A DNA stretch of 64,000 nucleotides from the NCBI RefSeq assembly GCF_009914755.1, contig NC_060933.1; one strand, 5' to 3'. Shown here piece after piece: positions 1 to 12,539 of this stretch. The notes under the pieces are model-generated. The model made no database searches, had not been told where the DNA came from, and saw nothing but the letters and a program-made list of their open reading frames with translations. The position numbers were made by a program, and so were the translations under genes. Every line of letters begins with the position of its first letter. Positions within the stretch are counted from its first letter, which is position 1. The DNA comes from the human T2T-CHM13v2.0 reference genome, Homo sapiens.

Positions 1-132
1 GAGGAAGGGAAAGATCTGCACATTGAAAACCACAAAGCATCCATGAAAGAAATTCAAGAAGTCACACACAAAAAGATATTCCATGTTTATGGACTGGAAA
101 AAATAATATTGTTTAAAAAAATCCATGCTAGC

Positions 133-603
<471 letters not shown>

Positions 604-760
604 TCATACTTTTTGATTTCAAATTATATTACAAAGGTACAGTAATGAAAACAATATGATACTAGCATAAAAATAGACACATAAACCATTGTAATAAAAT
701 AGAGAATCCAGAAGTAAACCTAGCATATACAGAGGGTCAACTAATTTTCAGCAAACCCAC

Positions 761-2981
761 TGATTTGATATGGCTCTGTGTCCCCACCCAAATCTCATCT
801 TGATTTGTAATCCCTAAGTGTTGAGGGAGGGACCTGTAATCCTCACGTGTCAGGAGAGGAATGTGATTTGATTATGGGGGAAGTTTTCCCCATGCAATTC
901 TTACAATAGTGAGTGAGTTCTCAGGAGACCTGTTGGTTTTATAAGGGGCTCTTCCCCCTTTGTTTTCTCCTCTCTCTCCTGCCACCTTTTGAAGAAGGTG
1001 TCTGCTTCCACTTCTGCCATGATTGTAAGTTTGCTGAGGGCTTCCCAGCCATGAAGAACTGTGAGTCAATTAAATTCTTCTCTTTATAAATTACCCAGTC
1101 TCAGTGAAGTTCTTCACAGCAGTGTGAAAACTGACTAATACAGTAAATTAGTACCACAGAGAGTGGGGTACTACTATAAAGATAACCTGAAAATGTGGAA
1201 GTGACTTTGGAACTGGCAGAAGTTGGACTAGTTTGGAGGGCTCAGAAGAAGACAGGAAGGTGTGGGAAAGTTTGGAAATTTCTGGAGACTTGTGGAATGG
1301 TTTTGATCAACATGCTGATAGTAATGTGGACAATAAAGTCCAGACTGAGGTGATCTCAAATGGAGATGAAAAACTTCTTGGGAACTGGAGCAAAGGTCAC
1401 TCTTACTATTCTTAGCAAAGAGACTAGTGGCATTTTTTCCCTTCCCTTAGAGATCTGTGAAACTTTTAACTTGACAGAGATGATCTGAAATTGGAAGTTA
1501 TGTTTAAAAGGGAAGCAGAGCATAAAAATTTGGAAAATTTGCCACCTGACAATGTGATAGAAAAGAAAACCCCATTTTCTAGACAGAAATTCAAGCCAGC
1601 TGCAGAAATTTGCATAACTAATGAAGAGTGGAATGTTAATCACCAAGACAATGGTGAAAATATCTTCAGAACATGTCAGAGATGTTGGCGGCAGCCCCTC
1701 CCACCACAGGCCAGGTGGCCTAGGAGGAAAAAATGGTTTCCAGAGCCTGGCCCAGGGCCCTGCTGTAGTGTGCCCTGCATCCCAGATGCTCCAGCTCTGG
1801 CTATGGCTAAAAGGAGCCAAGGTACAGCTCAGACCATTGTTTCAGAGGGTGCAAACCCTAAGCCTCTGTGGCTTCAATGTGGTGCAGGGCCTGCAGGTGC
1901 ACAGAAGTTAAGGACTGAGGTTTAGGAACCTCAACCTAGATTTCAGAACATGTATGAAAATGCTTGGACATCCAGGCAGAAGTATGCTGCATGGGTAGAG
2001 CCCTCATAGAGAGCCTCTGCTAGGGCAGTGCAAAGGGGAAATGAGGTTGAAACCCCTACACAGGGTCCTCACTGGGGCACTGCCTAGTGGTGCTGAGAGA
2101 AGAGAGTTACTGTCCTCCAGATCCCAGAATGGTAGATCCACTGATGGCTTGCTCTGTGCACCTGGAAAAGCCACAGCCACTTAATGTCAGCATATGAATG
2201 AGCTACCCAAGGCCATGGGACCCTACCCCTTGCCTCAGCATGCCCTGAATATGAGACATGGAGTTGAAGGAGATCATTTTGGAACTTTAAGATTTAATGA
2301 CTGCCCTGCTGGATTTAAGACTTCCATGAGGACTATAGCCCCCTTTTTTGGCCAATTTCTCCCATTAGGAAGAGGAACATTTAGCCAATGCCTGTACTAC
2401 TATTGTATCTGGGAAATAACTAACATGCTTTTGATTTTACAGGCTCATAGACAGAAGGGACTTTCCTTGTCTCAGATAAGACTTTCGACTATGGACTTTT
2501 GAGTTAATGCCGGAATGAGTTAAGACTCTGGGGGAGCCTTGAGAAGGCATGATTGGTTCTGAAATGTAAAAGCCATGAGGTTTGTGAGGAGTTGGGGCAG
2601 ATTGATACAGTTTGACTCTGTGCACCCAAATCACATCTCAATTTATAATCCCCATGTGTCCAGGGAGGGACCTGTAATCCCCCCTTGTAGAGGGAGGGAG
2701 ATGATTGGATCATAGGGGCTATTTCCCCCATGATGTTATCATGATAGTGAGTGACTTCTCATGATAGCTGATGGTTTTAAAAGGGACTCTTCCCCCTTAG
2801 CCTTCTCTTCTTTCTCCTTCTGCCTTCTGAAGAAGGTACCTGCTTCCCCTTATGCCATGATTGTAAGTTTCCTGAGGCCTCCTTTGCCCTGTGGTACTGT
2901 GAATCAATTAAACCTCTTTTCTTTATAAATTACCAAGTTTCAGGGAAGTTCTTCATAGCAGTGTGAAAATAGACCAATACA
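761..2981 (+). mobile_element. Complete MaLR (THE1/MST family) provirus: LTR 761-1142, internal region 1143-2602, LTR 2603-2981
   Basis: Both LTRs begin TGAT and end AATACA. Internal region starts gtaaattagtacc and carries decayed MaLR ORF fragments (ORF track 1233-1925). Purine tract precedes the 3' LTR. Exact 5-bp TSD CCCAC at 756-760 and 2982-2986. Confidence 0.95.
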
Positions 2982-3887
2982 CCCACTAAGGAGGCACAGT
3001 GGAAAAAGGATAGTCTCTTCAATAAATGATGTTGGGAAAACTGGATATCTATATGCAAAAGAAAGAAACTAGATTCTTATCTTATCCAATACACAAAATC
3101 ATCTCAAAATAAATTAAAACCTAGATGTAAAACCTAAAACTAGAAAACTGTAGAAGGAAACATAGGTGTATATCTCCTTGATATTGGCCTTGGCAACAGT
3201 TTTTTCTTAATATCAGAAGCTCAGGCAACAAAAGAAAAATAAAGAAGTGGAACTATCGAACTGAAAAGCAACTGCACAACAAAAGAAATAAGAATTACAA
3301 GAAAAAGGCAGCCTATTGTTTGGGAGAAAATATTTATAATCCGTATATCTGATAAAGGCTTAAGATCCAAACTATGTAAGGAACTTTAACCAATAGAAAG
3401 CAAAAGCAATAACAAATAGCTTAATTAAAACTGCAAAGATACTGAATAGACATTTTTCCAAAGAAGACATAAAAATGGCCAACAGTTATATAAGAAGGTG
3501 CTCAACATCACTAATCCTTAGAGAAATGCAAATTAAATCTACAATAAGATATCACATCAAAACTATTAAATGACTAGTAACTGAATGTTGAAAGATGACA
3601 AGTATTGATAGGGATGTGGAGAAAATGGAACTCTTGTATACTGTCAGCAGGAATATAAATAAGTATAGCCATTATGAAAAACAGTATGGAGGTTCCTGAA
3701 AAGAATTAAAAATAGAACTTTAATATGACCCTGAAATCCCTTGGTTAAGCATATACCCAAGGAAATGGAAGCAGCACCTCATAGAGATATTTGCCCTTAC
3801 ATGTTCATTGAATTGTTATAGTCAAGATATTGAAACAACCTAAGTATTTATTGACAAATGAATGGATAAATAGATTTATATATATGT

Positions 3888-4228
<341 letters not shown>

Positions 4229-5339
4229 TCAGGTTTAAAGAAGGAAATACTGCTATTTGCAGCAACATGGATGAACCGGGAGAATATCATGCTAGGTGAG
4301 ATAAGCCAGAAACAAAGAAAAGTACTATATGATGTTGCCTATATGTGAAATTTTTAAAAAGTGGAACACATAAAAACAGAAAATAGAGCAGTGTTTACTA
4401 GGGTCAGAGAGGGAGAGGAAATGGACAGAAATAGGTCAAAGGGAATAAATTTGCCATCAGGGAGAATAAATAAATATAGAGGTTTGATGTACAACATGAG
4501 AAGTATAGTTGATAATGTGCATTATATACTGAAAATTTGCTAAAAGGGTTAGTTCTAGGTGTTCGTAACACACATACACACAAAAGGTAACTATGAAAGG
4601 TGATTGACATGTAAACGTTTTGACTATAATTATTTTACTATGTATATTTATCAAAAATTTATATCAAAACATCATGCTGTATACCACAAATATCAAATAA
4701 AATAAATCCAATAAAAAGAAAATAATATTTGAATTATATACACTGATGCTCTCAAAATAACCCTTTCATATTTTTTGGCCCTTAGAGATTTTCAGTTACT
4801 TTAGGAATAATCGCTTTCTCCTGAAGACATCCAAAGCATTTTAAAAAAAAGACCAATTATAAATAACTTAATACAATGAATTTGTCCTACCAAGTCAGCA
4901 TTCTGTGATAAGTCTGTATTTATAATGTGTACACAGCTCCATTGCTTCAGTGGCTCAATTGTTATCTGTGTCCTTACTATATAAATAAAGTGAGTAGGCA
5001 ATGATCTGCTTGAACCCAGTGAACAATGACTGGAAAATCTAGAAAATATAAAGGACACCACTCAACATTCCATTATGGAAGCAGTATGCCTTGAGAAGAT
5101 CAACAAAGGAGTTAGTTTACTATAAAACACCTGTAAATATTAGTGTGGTTTTAATTAAAATATAATACTGCTTAGTGCCACTCACATCAAGTCAATATCT
5201 GGGATAGAGATAAGATTTTACAAAATTTAATTAATATGACTCCAAGGACAGAAACTCAAGGTCGCCCTATTTTATGCTAAAAAAAAATAGTTGCAATGTA
5301 GAGAGCAAAAGATCCATTCTCAATTCAGAAAAGCATGTT

Positions 5340-5560
5340 ACTCTTTATTGTGCATTGATTATGTGCTAGGCATGGTATATACATTATCATTGAATGTTCT
5401 ATAAATCCAAACACGCTAACTTACGTAATATTTATACTTTGCACCAGGCCTTGAGGTAAGTAGTAGTATTAATTCCAGTTTATAGATGAGGAAACTGATG
5501 TATCCAGAAGTAAAGTAATTTACTCATGATTCTTTTGGCTAGTAACAAAGGTCAAAATTA
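5340..5560 (-). mobile_element. MIR remnant
   Basis: Reverse-complement MIR core: gaggtaagtagtagtattaattccagtttatagatgaggaaactga..aagtaatttactc. Confidence 0.65.
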
Positions 5561-6699
5561 AAATAGAATTGTTGGCAGCCATGCTTTCCAAGATATTGTA
5601 AAGCAAAAACTCAAAATGTTCAATAAGTAATGAGACAAACAGCTTAACTTCACTAATGCTTATAATTTTAAAATGTAGTTTTGACTGAGAGACATGTATT
5701 TTAGTTTGAAAAAAGAAAAATTAAATATCAATGTAAAATCCCATCATCTAGTGAAACATTTTAAACCCAATTCTCTTTGGATCACATTTAAAAGATTTAT
5801 GAGAACTTAGTAGCCAAAATATCATAAAAAAACTACTAAGGTATGCTTGCTTTTATTTAAAAACATGACAGAAAGAGCAATAAATTTTTTTCATTTAATT
5901 TTTTTTGAAAATAATTTCCCATATATCTAGTAAGTCATAATTTATTATTTTATATAATATAGGCTATGGAAAATATGAAAACACATAGCTTAGCTCAACT
6001 AATATTTAACACTTAAATAACGCATGGTGTTTCTCAAATAAACCAAAAATTTTAAAATTTTGCAATGATGGAGGCCAAGTAATAATTTAGTTCCTTTGAA
6101 ATTATAATTTTATTTTCTATTTTCAATTTCTTAAACTTAAATTTTAAAATTTGATTTATTTTCCCTCTGTAACAGTACTAATTTTAGAAATAAGAAAAAG
6201 CCATTTCAATAGCAATAAGATACTATTAATTTTAATTTACTTATAGGTTGACTGACAAGATCTTTATCAAGTGAAAATAAAATTTCACAATAAAAATGAA
6301 CTCCCTTGATGGAATAATTTTGTTTCTGGACTGGATAATTAAGAACTAAATAAACTCACTCTTCTGTAAAATTATGAGCAAAACCACTAACATCCAACAG
6401 TTCAGAATTCTGAAAATTGATCAAAACTACACGACATAGTGAAAATCATCTATCCAAAAGAAATTATAAACCCTCAGTGAGACAGTGGAGTCTGAAATGC
6501 TTTGACTTGGGAATATTCTTTTACCTTCTCTTTCTCTCCTTCTCAGTGGTATGGTGGCCAAAAGGCAGCAGCCTTGAAGTAAACAGCAGAAAGAATAAGT
6601 TTGGAGCTGTGTTGAAAGCGCACTTCTCAGAACATCATTATTATTTTGTCCAAATTTGCAGGTCCATGAAAAGTCTCCACTCCAATAATGTATGTGTAT

Positions 6700-7290
6700 T
6701 TGCTTTGACTCAGGGTCAGATCAAAAGAAAGGGCCCTTCTCCAGAGCATTAATAAAACTTAACAATATGCTGGCTATATCGAAACCACTTAAGATTATGA
6801 TTTCAATTGAGGTAGACAAGAGTCTGGAGAATTAGACAACCATAAGGGACTTTGAAAAAAATCTCTGACATGTCCCTGGGGATCTAATAAGATGTTCACA
6901 TTTCCAGAAAAAACCTGAAAAAGAAGGCCCCATTTAGTCATCACTTGTTGACCTTGAAGCCCTGTGCAAAGTTAAAGCCAAGGCTGTCTTGTGAACTTCC
7001 TGAAGTTTGAGCACTTGGCTTCTCACGCTGATTCCTTTGACAAAAAGTGAAGAACAAATAGGCATAATTTTAAGAAAATATTCTGACCAATCACTGGCTG
7101 GCCAGCAATTTATACTGAGGTGTGATACCCTACAGAGCTGGGACTTAAAAATAATCCCCCAAAAACTAAAAAATGAAAAGTTAGCATGTAACTCAATGGA
7201 CACAAGGGATGAGAGTGAATAATCTAGATAATTAGCCCAGGAAAGTTTATAAACAAATCACCAAGAATAAGAAAAATAAGAACAACAAAA
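6700..7290 (+). mobile_element. Probable 5' region of an older L1M (continues at ~12,540 after the inserted L1)
   Basis: Resembles L1M 5'-region sequence and is collinear with the L1M ORF1-like sequence beyond 12,540. Boundaries are approximate. Confidence 0.4.
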
Positions 7291-8099
7291 AGTGATATCA
7301 GCAAAATGGCTGTCTAGGTACTTCTGGCATTTTCCCCACTCCCACAGGAAAGGAAGACGGCAACAAATAAACAGTCAGATTTCTCTGGCATGTCAAATGG
7401 AGAGCCCTGGAGTGCAGCATAGGAGTGGAGATGCACCTGTGGTGACTGGAATTTCAGAAGGGAATCATGGAAGCACCTGGCCTCTGCAGCCTCATCTACC
7501 TCACTTAAATTGTGTTTGCATGGAATCAGGAGGAACTTCTTGTGGGGAAAAGATAAGCAGAAGATCCCCACCGGTCCCCATTGCCAAGGAAAACACTTAC
7601 AGTTCTTACAACAGGACAATCCTACATTCTGCACAAACCCTGAACCAAATATGAAGAGCTGGGGAAATTCACACAACAAGATTGTCCCAGAATAGGGGCA
7701 TAAAGTGTATACTCCTGACCCCAACCTTCCCACTATGAGCCAAGCTGAAGTAGCACAGCACCATCTTTATATCAAAGCCACCTCTGGAGTGTGCCCTGCC
7801 CTAAGGGCCAGTAGCGACCACACTTCTCCAGCACTGGGGCTCCATCTTCATTACCCCAAGCCCATATGGGTGCCTGAACACTATAACCCCAGCTATATGG
7901 AGCTTGAGCCCAAGATTGGTTGTGACTCTGGTCCTGTACAGCAGGGATACCAGCCACAGAAGCAGTCTCCCTTTCTTGCCCAAGGTGAACCCGCCCTTGA
8001 GCCAAATGAACTGCTGCACACTCTAACCCAAGAGGCCCAAGAGCCTCTGAGTAGCAAATATGCCCCTCCACCAGCAGAGTGGCTATGCATCCATGCTTA

Positions 8100-8830
8100 G
8101 GATGTAAGAAACAGCCCCAAGCACCACTGTGCCCCACAGACATGCCCTCAGCCTGTCTAATATCCCTATACACCTATAAGGGTCTGAGAAACAATTTCAT
8201 AGGACAACCCTGGAGGGCATGTTCCAGGCCAGCCAATCAGCTGTGAATCTGCACACCAGGCCTTTAAAACAGTCCTACAGGCTGCCCCCAGCAGGCACAC
8301 CCTTGAACCGGCCAAACAACCTTGCACTTACCTCAAAGATCTGAGAAACAGCACTGTGGGCCACATCTAGCGGGCATGCCTCCAGGCCAACCAAGCAGCC
8401 CTGTGCCCATGTCCTGGGCCAACAAAACAGTCCTGTGGGCCAGCCCCATAGAATGCTTCCAGACCAGCCAAGCAGCCATGAAGCTGTATTGGGAGCATAA
8501 GAAACAGCCCTGTGCCTGCCCCAAGTGTATGTGTCACCACGCCAGTCAAGCAGCCATGCTCCAAAATCAAAGAACTAAGAAATGGCCTCGTGGGCCACCA
8601 CACTACCCTATGCCTGCCCCCAAGCACACACACCCTCAGGGCTAGCTGAGCAACCTTGCAGCAATGTCTCAAGCCTGAAAAACAGCCCCATGGGCTACTC
8701 CTTACAGAAATGCCCTGGGACCAGCTGAGTAACTATGCAGCTACGTCTTAAGCCTGAGAAACAGCCTTATGAGTTGTTCCTAGCTGACACACCCTCAGGC
8801 AAGCCAAGAAATCCTGGCAGGTACATCCCT
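8100..8830 (+). repeat. Degenerate ~79-bp tandem monomer array (about 9 units) in the L1 5' UTR
   Basis: AGAAACAG-like anchor at 8107, 8187, 8266, 8344, 8424, 8500, 8578, 8678, 8757. Most are followed by GCCC..TGGGCC...CAGGCCAGCCAAGCAGCC-like sequence. Confidence 0.75.
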
Positions 8831-9614
8831 AGGTCATTCAAATGTGTGCCTGTGCTTCCAGCCAGAATAGCAGCTCCATTGCCCCAACCCCAGTGAGCCA
8901 GATCGTAAGTCAGATGATCCCCTTACACCCCTGACCTGAGAAACAGCCCAGTAAGCCAACTCCTGGAAAGGCCACACCACCATTGCCACAGGTTCTCTTA
9001 GCCTATGCCACTAATGTAGACTATAGCTGAAGAAACTACTTGGAGACTACACTACTGCCTCTACCTAGAACCAAGACCAACACACCCCACAAAAGCAACA
9101 CCCCAAGACCCATTCATACAAATACATCTTTTTATATGATACCTACTCCATAAAATTGGAAGCATTCAGCAACTTTCCACCTGATGTATAGAAGTCAATC
9201 TAGGAACACATCAATCATGAAAAAGCAAGGAAATGTGTCACCTCTAAAGGTAAATAATAATTCTCCAGTAGCCAAACCCAATCATAAGGAAACATATGAA
9301 ATGTCAGAAAAATAATTCAAAATAATAATCTTAAGGACATATAAGCAAAGGCAGGTAGACAACTCAATGAAATTAAAAATGCAATTCATAATTTGAGTGA
9401 GAAATTTGACAAAGAGGTGGATACAAAAAGAACCAAATAGAAATCTTAAAGTTAAAGAATTCAATGAATTAAATAAAAATTACAATTGAGAACTCCAACT
9501 ACAGACTAAACCAAGCAGAAGAAAGAATGTCTGAACATGAAAATAGTCTTTTCCAAAAACACAGGCAGACAAAATAGAAAAAATAATGAAAAAAATAAAG
9601 AACGCCTACAGGAT

Positions 9615-9980
9615 TGTATTAGTCAGTTTTCATACTTCTGTAAAGAATCCTTGAGTCTGGGTAATTTACAAAAGAAAGTAGTTTAATTGACTCACAGTTA
9701 CACATGGCTGTGGTAGCCTCAGGAAACTTACAATCATGGTGGAAGATAAAGGGGAAGCAAAGTACATCTTACTTGGTGACAGGAAAGACAGAGGGAGAAG
9801 GAGGAAGCACCAGGCATTCATCAAACAACTAGATCTTGTGAGAACTACTGCACGATCATGAGAACAGAATGGAGAAACTGCCCCATGATCCAATCACCTC
9901 TCATCAGGTTGCTCCCTTGACACATGGAGATTACAATTCAAGATGAGATTTAGGTGGAGATACAGAGCCAAACCATATCA
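9615..9980 (-). mobile_element. Solo MaLR LTR (THE1/MSTA-like) inserted in L1 ORF1
   Basis: tgtattagtc...gagccaaaccatatca is a reverse-complement MaLR LTR. Exact 5-bp TSD AGGAT at 9610-9614 and 9981-9985. Confidence 0.93.
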
Positions 9981-12233
9981 AGGATTTATGTGATACCATT
10001 AAGCAAATAAATATGCATATTATGGAAATTTCAGAAGAGAGATGAAAAGGTGAGGAAAACATATTTAATGAAATAAAAGCAAAAAACTTCCCAAGTCCTG
10101 GGAGAAAAATGAGCATTCAGGAAGATAGACATCCAGGAAGCTCAAAAAAATCTCAAATAGATTCAAGCCAAGCAGATCGCTTCTGAGGCATCATATAGTC
10201 AAATTGTCAAAAATGAAAGGCAAACAAAACATTTAAAAGCAACATGAGAAAAGCATCAGGTCAGACATACGGGTATCTCTTTTAAGATAACAGTGGATTT
10301 CTCAGTAGAGACCTCACAGGCCAGGAAATAATGGGATGATATATTTAAAGTACTGAAAGAAGAAAACGACAACCTGTCACTCAAGAATGTTATATCCAGC
10401 AAAACTATCCTTCTGAAATGAAACAGAAACAACATATTTCATACACAAGTAAAAATGAAAGAAATTCATCATCACTACACCAGCCTTACAAGAAATGCTA
10501 AAGGAAGTCATGTTTGGAAGTATAAAGATAATAACTATCATTATTAAAGTATGTAAAACTATAAAACAAGTTGGTGGAGCTGATACACAAAGAAGAGAGA
10601 GAAATGAATAAAACATATAGTTACAGAAAATCACCCAAATGCAGAAGTCAAAAAAAAACAGTACAAGAAGTAAGAATCAAAGTATATGCAAAACAACCAG
10701 AAAACAATAAATTGACAAAAGTAAGTCTCCACCTATCCATAATAACCTTAAATATAAATGCAAATGGATTAAATTCCCCAGTTAAAATATATAGAATAGC
10801 TGAACAGATTAAAACAAAACAAGACCTAACCTATGCTGCCTATAACAAATTATCTCACCTCAGAAGACTCATATATACTGAAAGAGAAGGGATGGAAAAA
10901 CATACTCCATGAAAATGGAAAGTGAGCAGGAGCAGCCATAGTTCTATCAAAGTAGATTTGAAGATAAAAGCTGTAAAAGGAGACACAGAAGAAAATTATA
11001 TAATAATACAAGAATCAATTTAGCAATTATTATATTTAGCAAGTATATATGCACCTAACATTGGACGACCCAGACATGTAAGGCAAATATTATTAAAACT
11101 GAAGGGAGAAGTAGACCTCAATACAATAATAGCTGGGGTCCTTAACACCCTACTCTCAGCATTGAACACATTATCTAGGCAGGAAATCAACAAAGAAACA
11201 TTGATTTTAAATTGTACCATTGGGAAAATAGACCTAAGATACTTACAGAACTTTTCACTCAGCTGCAAAATAACACATGTATTTTTATCAGCGCTTGGAG
11301 CATTCTCAAGGTTAAGACATACGTCAGGACACAAAACAAGTCTCCACAACATTTAAAAAAAATTGAAATCACATCTAGTGTCTTCTCAGACAACAATGGA
11401 ATAAAACCATACACCAAAAAAATGAGAAATATTTGAAACTATATAAATACATAGAAATTAAACAACATGCTTCTGAATGATAAATAAGTGAAGGGAATAA
11501 TTAAAAATAAAATTTCTTTAAATTTTATTGAAACAAATGAAACTAGAAACACAATGCATCAAAACCTTTGGGACTCAGAAGAAAAACAACACTAAGAGGA
11601 AAGTTTAGAGTGATAAATGACTACATCAAAAAACTAGTAAGATTTCAAATAAATTACCTAATAATATCTCTTTTAAAAAGTAAGAAAAAACCCAAAATTA
11701 GTAAAAGAAAAGAAACAATAAAGATTAGAGCAGAAATCAAAACAAAAAGTTAAGAAAAAAATGCAAAAGAAGAACAAAAAATTGGTTTTGTGCAATGATA
11801 AATAAAATCAATAAACTATTAGATAGACTTAAAAAGACACAAATAAATAAAATTAGAAACAAAAAGGAGACATCACAATTATTAGCACCAAAATACAAGG
11901 TATTAATAGAGACTGCTATGAACAACCATACACTAACAAACTAGAAAATCTACAGGAAATGGATAAATTCCTGTACAAATACAACCTACCAATGTTGAAC
12001 CAAGAAGAAATAGAAATCCTAAACAGGTCAATAACAATTAACAAGATGGAATCAGTAATAAGCCTCCCAACAAAGAAAAGTCCCAGATTGTATGGCTTTA
12101 CTGCTGAATTTTACTGGATCTTAAAAAAAAAAAGTTATGCCAACTCTTCTCAAACTATTATGAAAAAGTGAAGCAGAGTAAATTCTTCCTAACTCTTTTT
12201 ATAACACTAGCATAACTCTGATACCAAAACCAG

Positions 12234-12266
12234 ACACACGCACACATACACACACACACACACACA
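12234..12266. repeat. Imperfect (CA)n microsatellite within L1 ORF2
   Basis: acacacgcacacatacacacacacacacacac. Confidence 0.85.
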
Positions 12267-12539
12267 CCCCAGACCAATATCTCCACAGAACATAGAAGAG
12301 ATGCAAAAATTCTCAACAAAATACTATCAAACCGAATTCAACAACACATCAAAAATATAACACACCATGATCAAGTGAGTTTTATCCCAGGAATGCAAGG
12401 ATGGTTCAACATATGCAAATCAATAAATGTCATGTCATCCATCACATCAATAGAATGAAGGAGAAAAACTGTATAATTATCTCAGTAGAGATTCAGGGAA
12501 AGCTTTTGATAAAATTCAACTTTGCTTATAAATTTTAAA

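Larger units (their letters stand above)
7291..12530 (+). mobile_element. L1 (L1MA/L1PB-age) with long 5' UTR, ORF1 (~9,217-10,530) and ORF2 endonuclease to early RT (~10,713-12,530); 3' end missing
   Basis: Starts gtgatatcagcaaaatggc. ORF2 N-terminal motif LSIITLNINANGLNSPVK (ORF 10571-10912) and [19 protein letters not shown] (11959). Ends at the [13 protein letters not shown]-equivalent region (gaaagcttttgataaaattcaac). Confidence 0.88.

Noticed and set aside
1233-2502. ORFs of 60-190 aa in MaLR internal regions (also 18,533-19,941)
   Set aside because: Fragments of the decayed MaLR internal ORF, broken by stops and frameshifts.
8100-8830. Regularly spaced motif that superficially suggests a CRISPR-like repeat-spacer array
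   Set aside because: The anchors are degenerate, the intervening sequences are homologous to each other, there are no cas genes, and the array lies in a mammalian L1 5' UTR.
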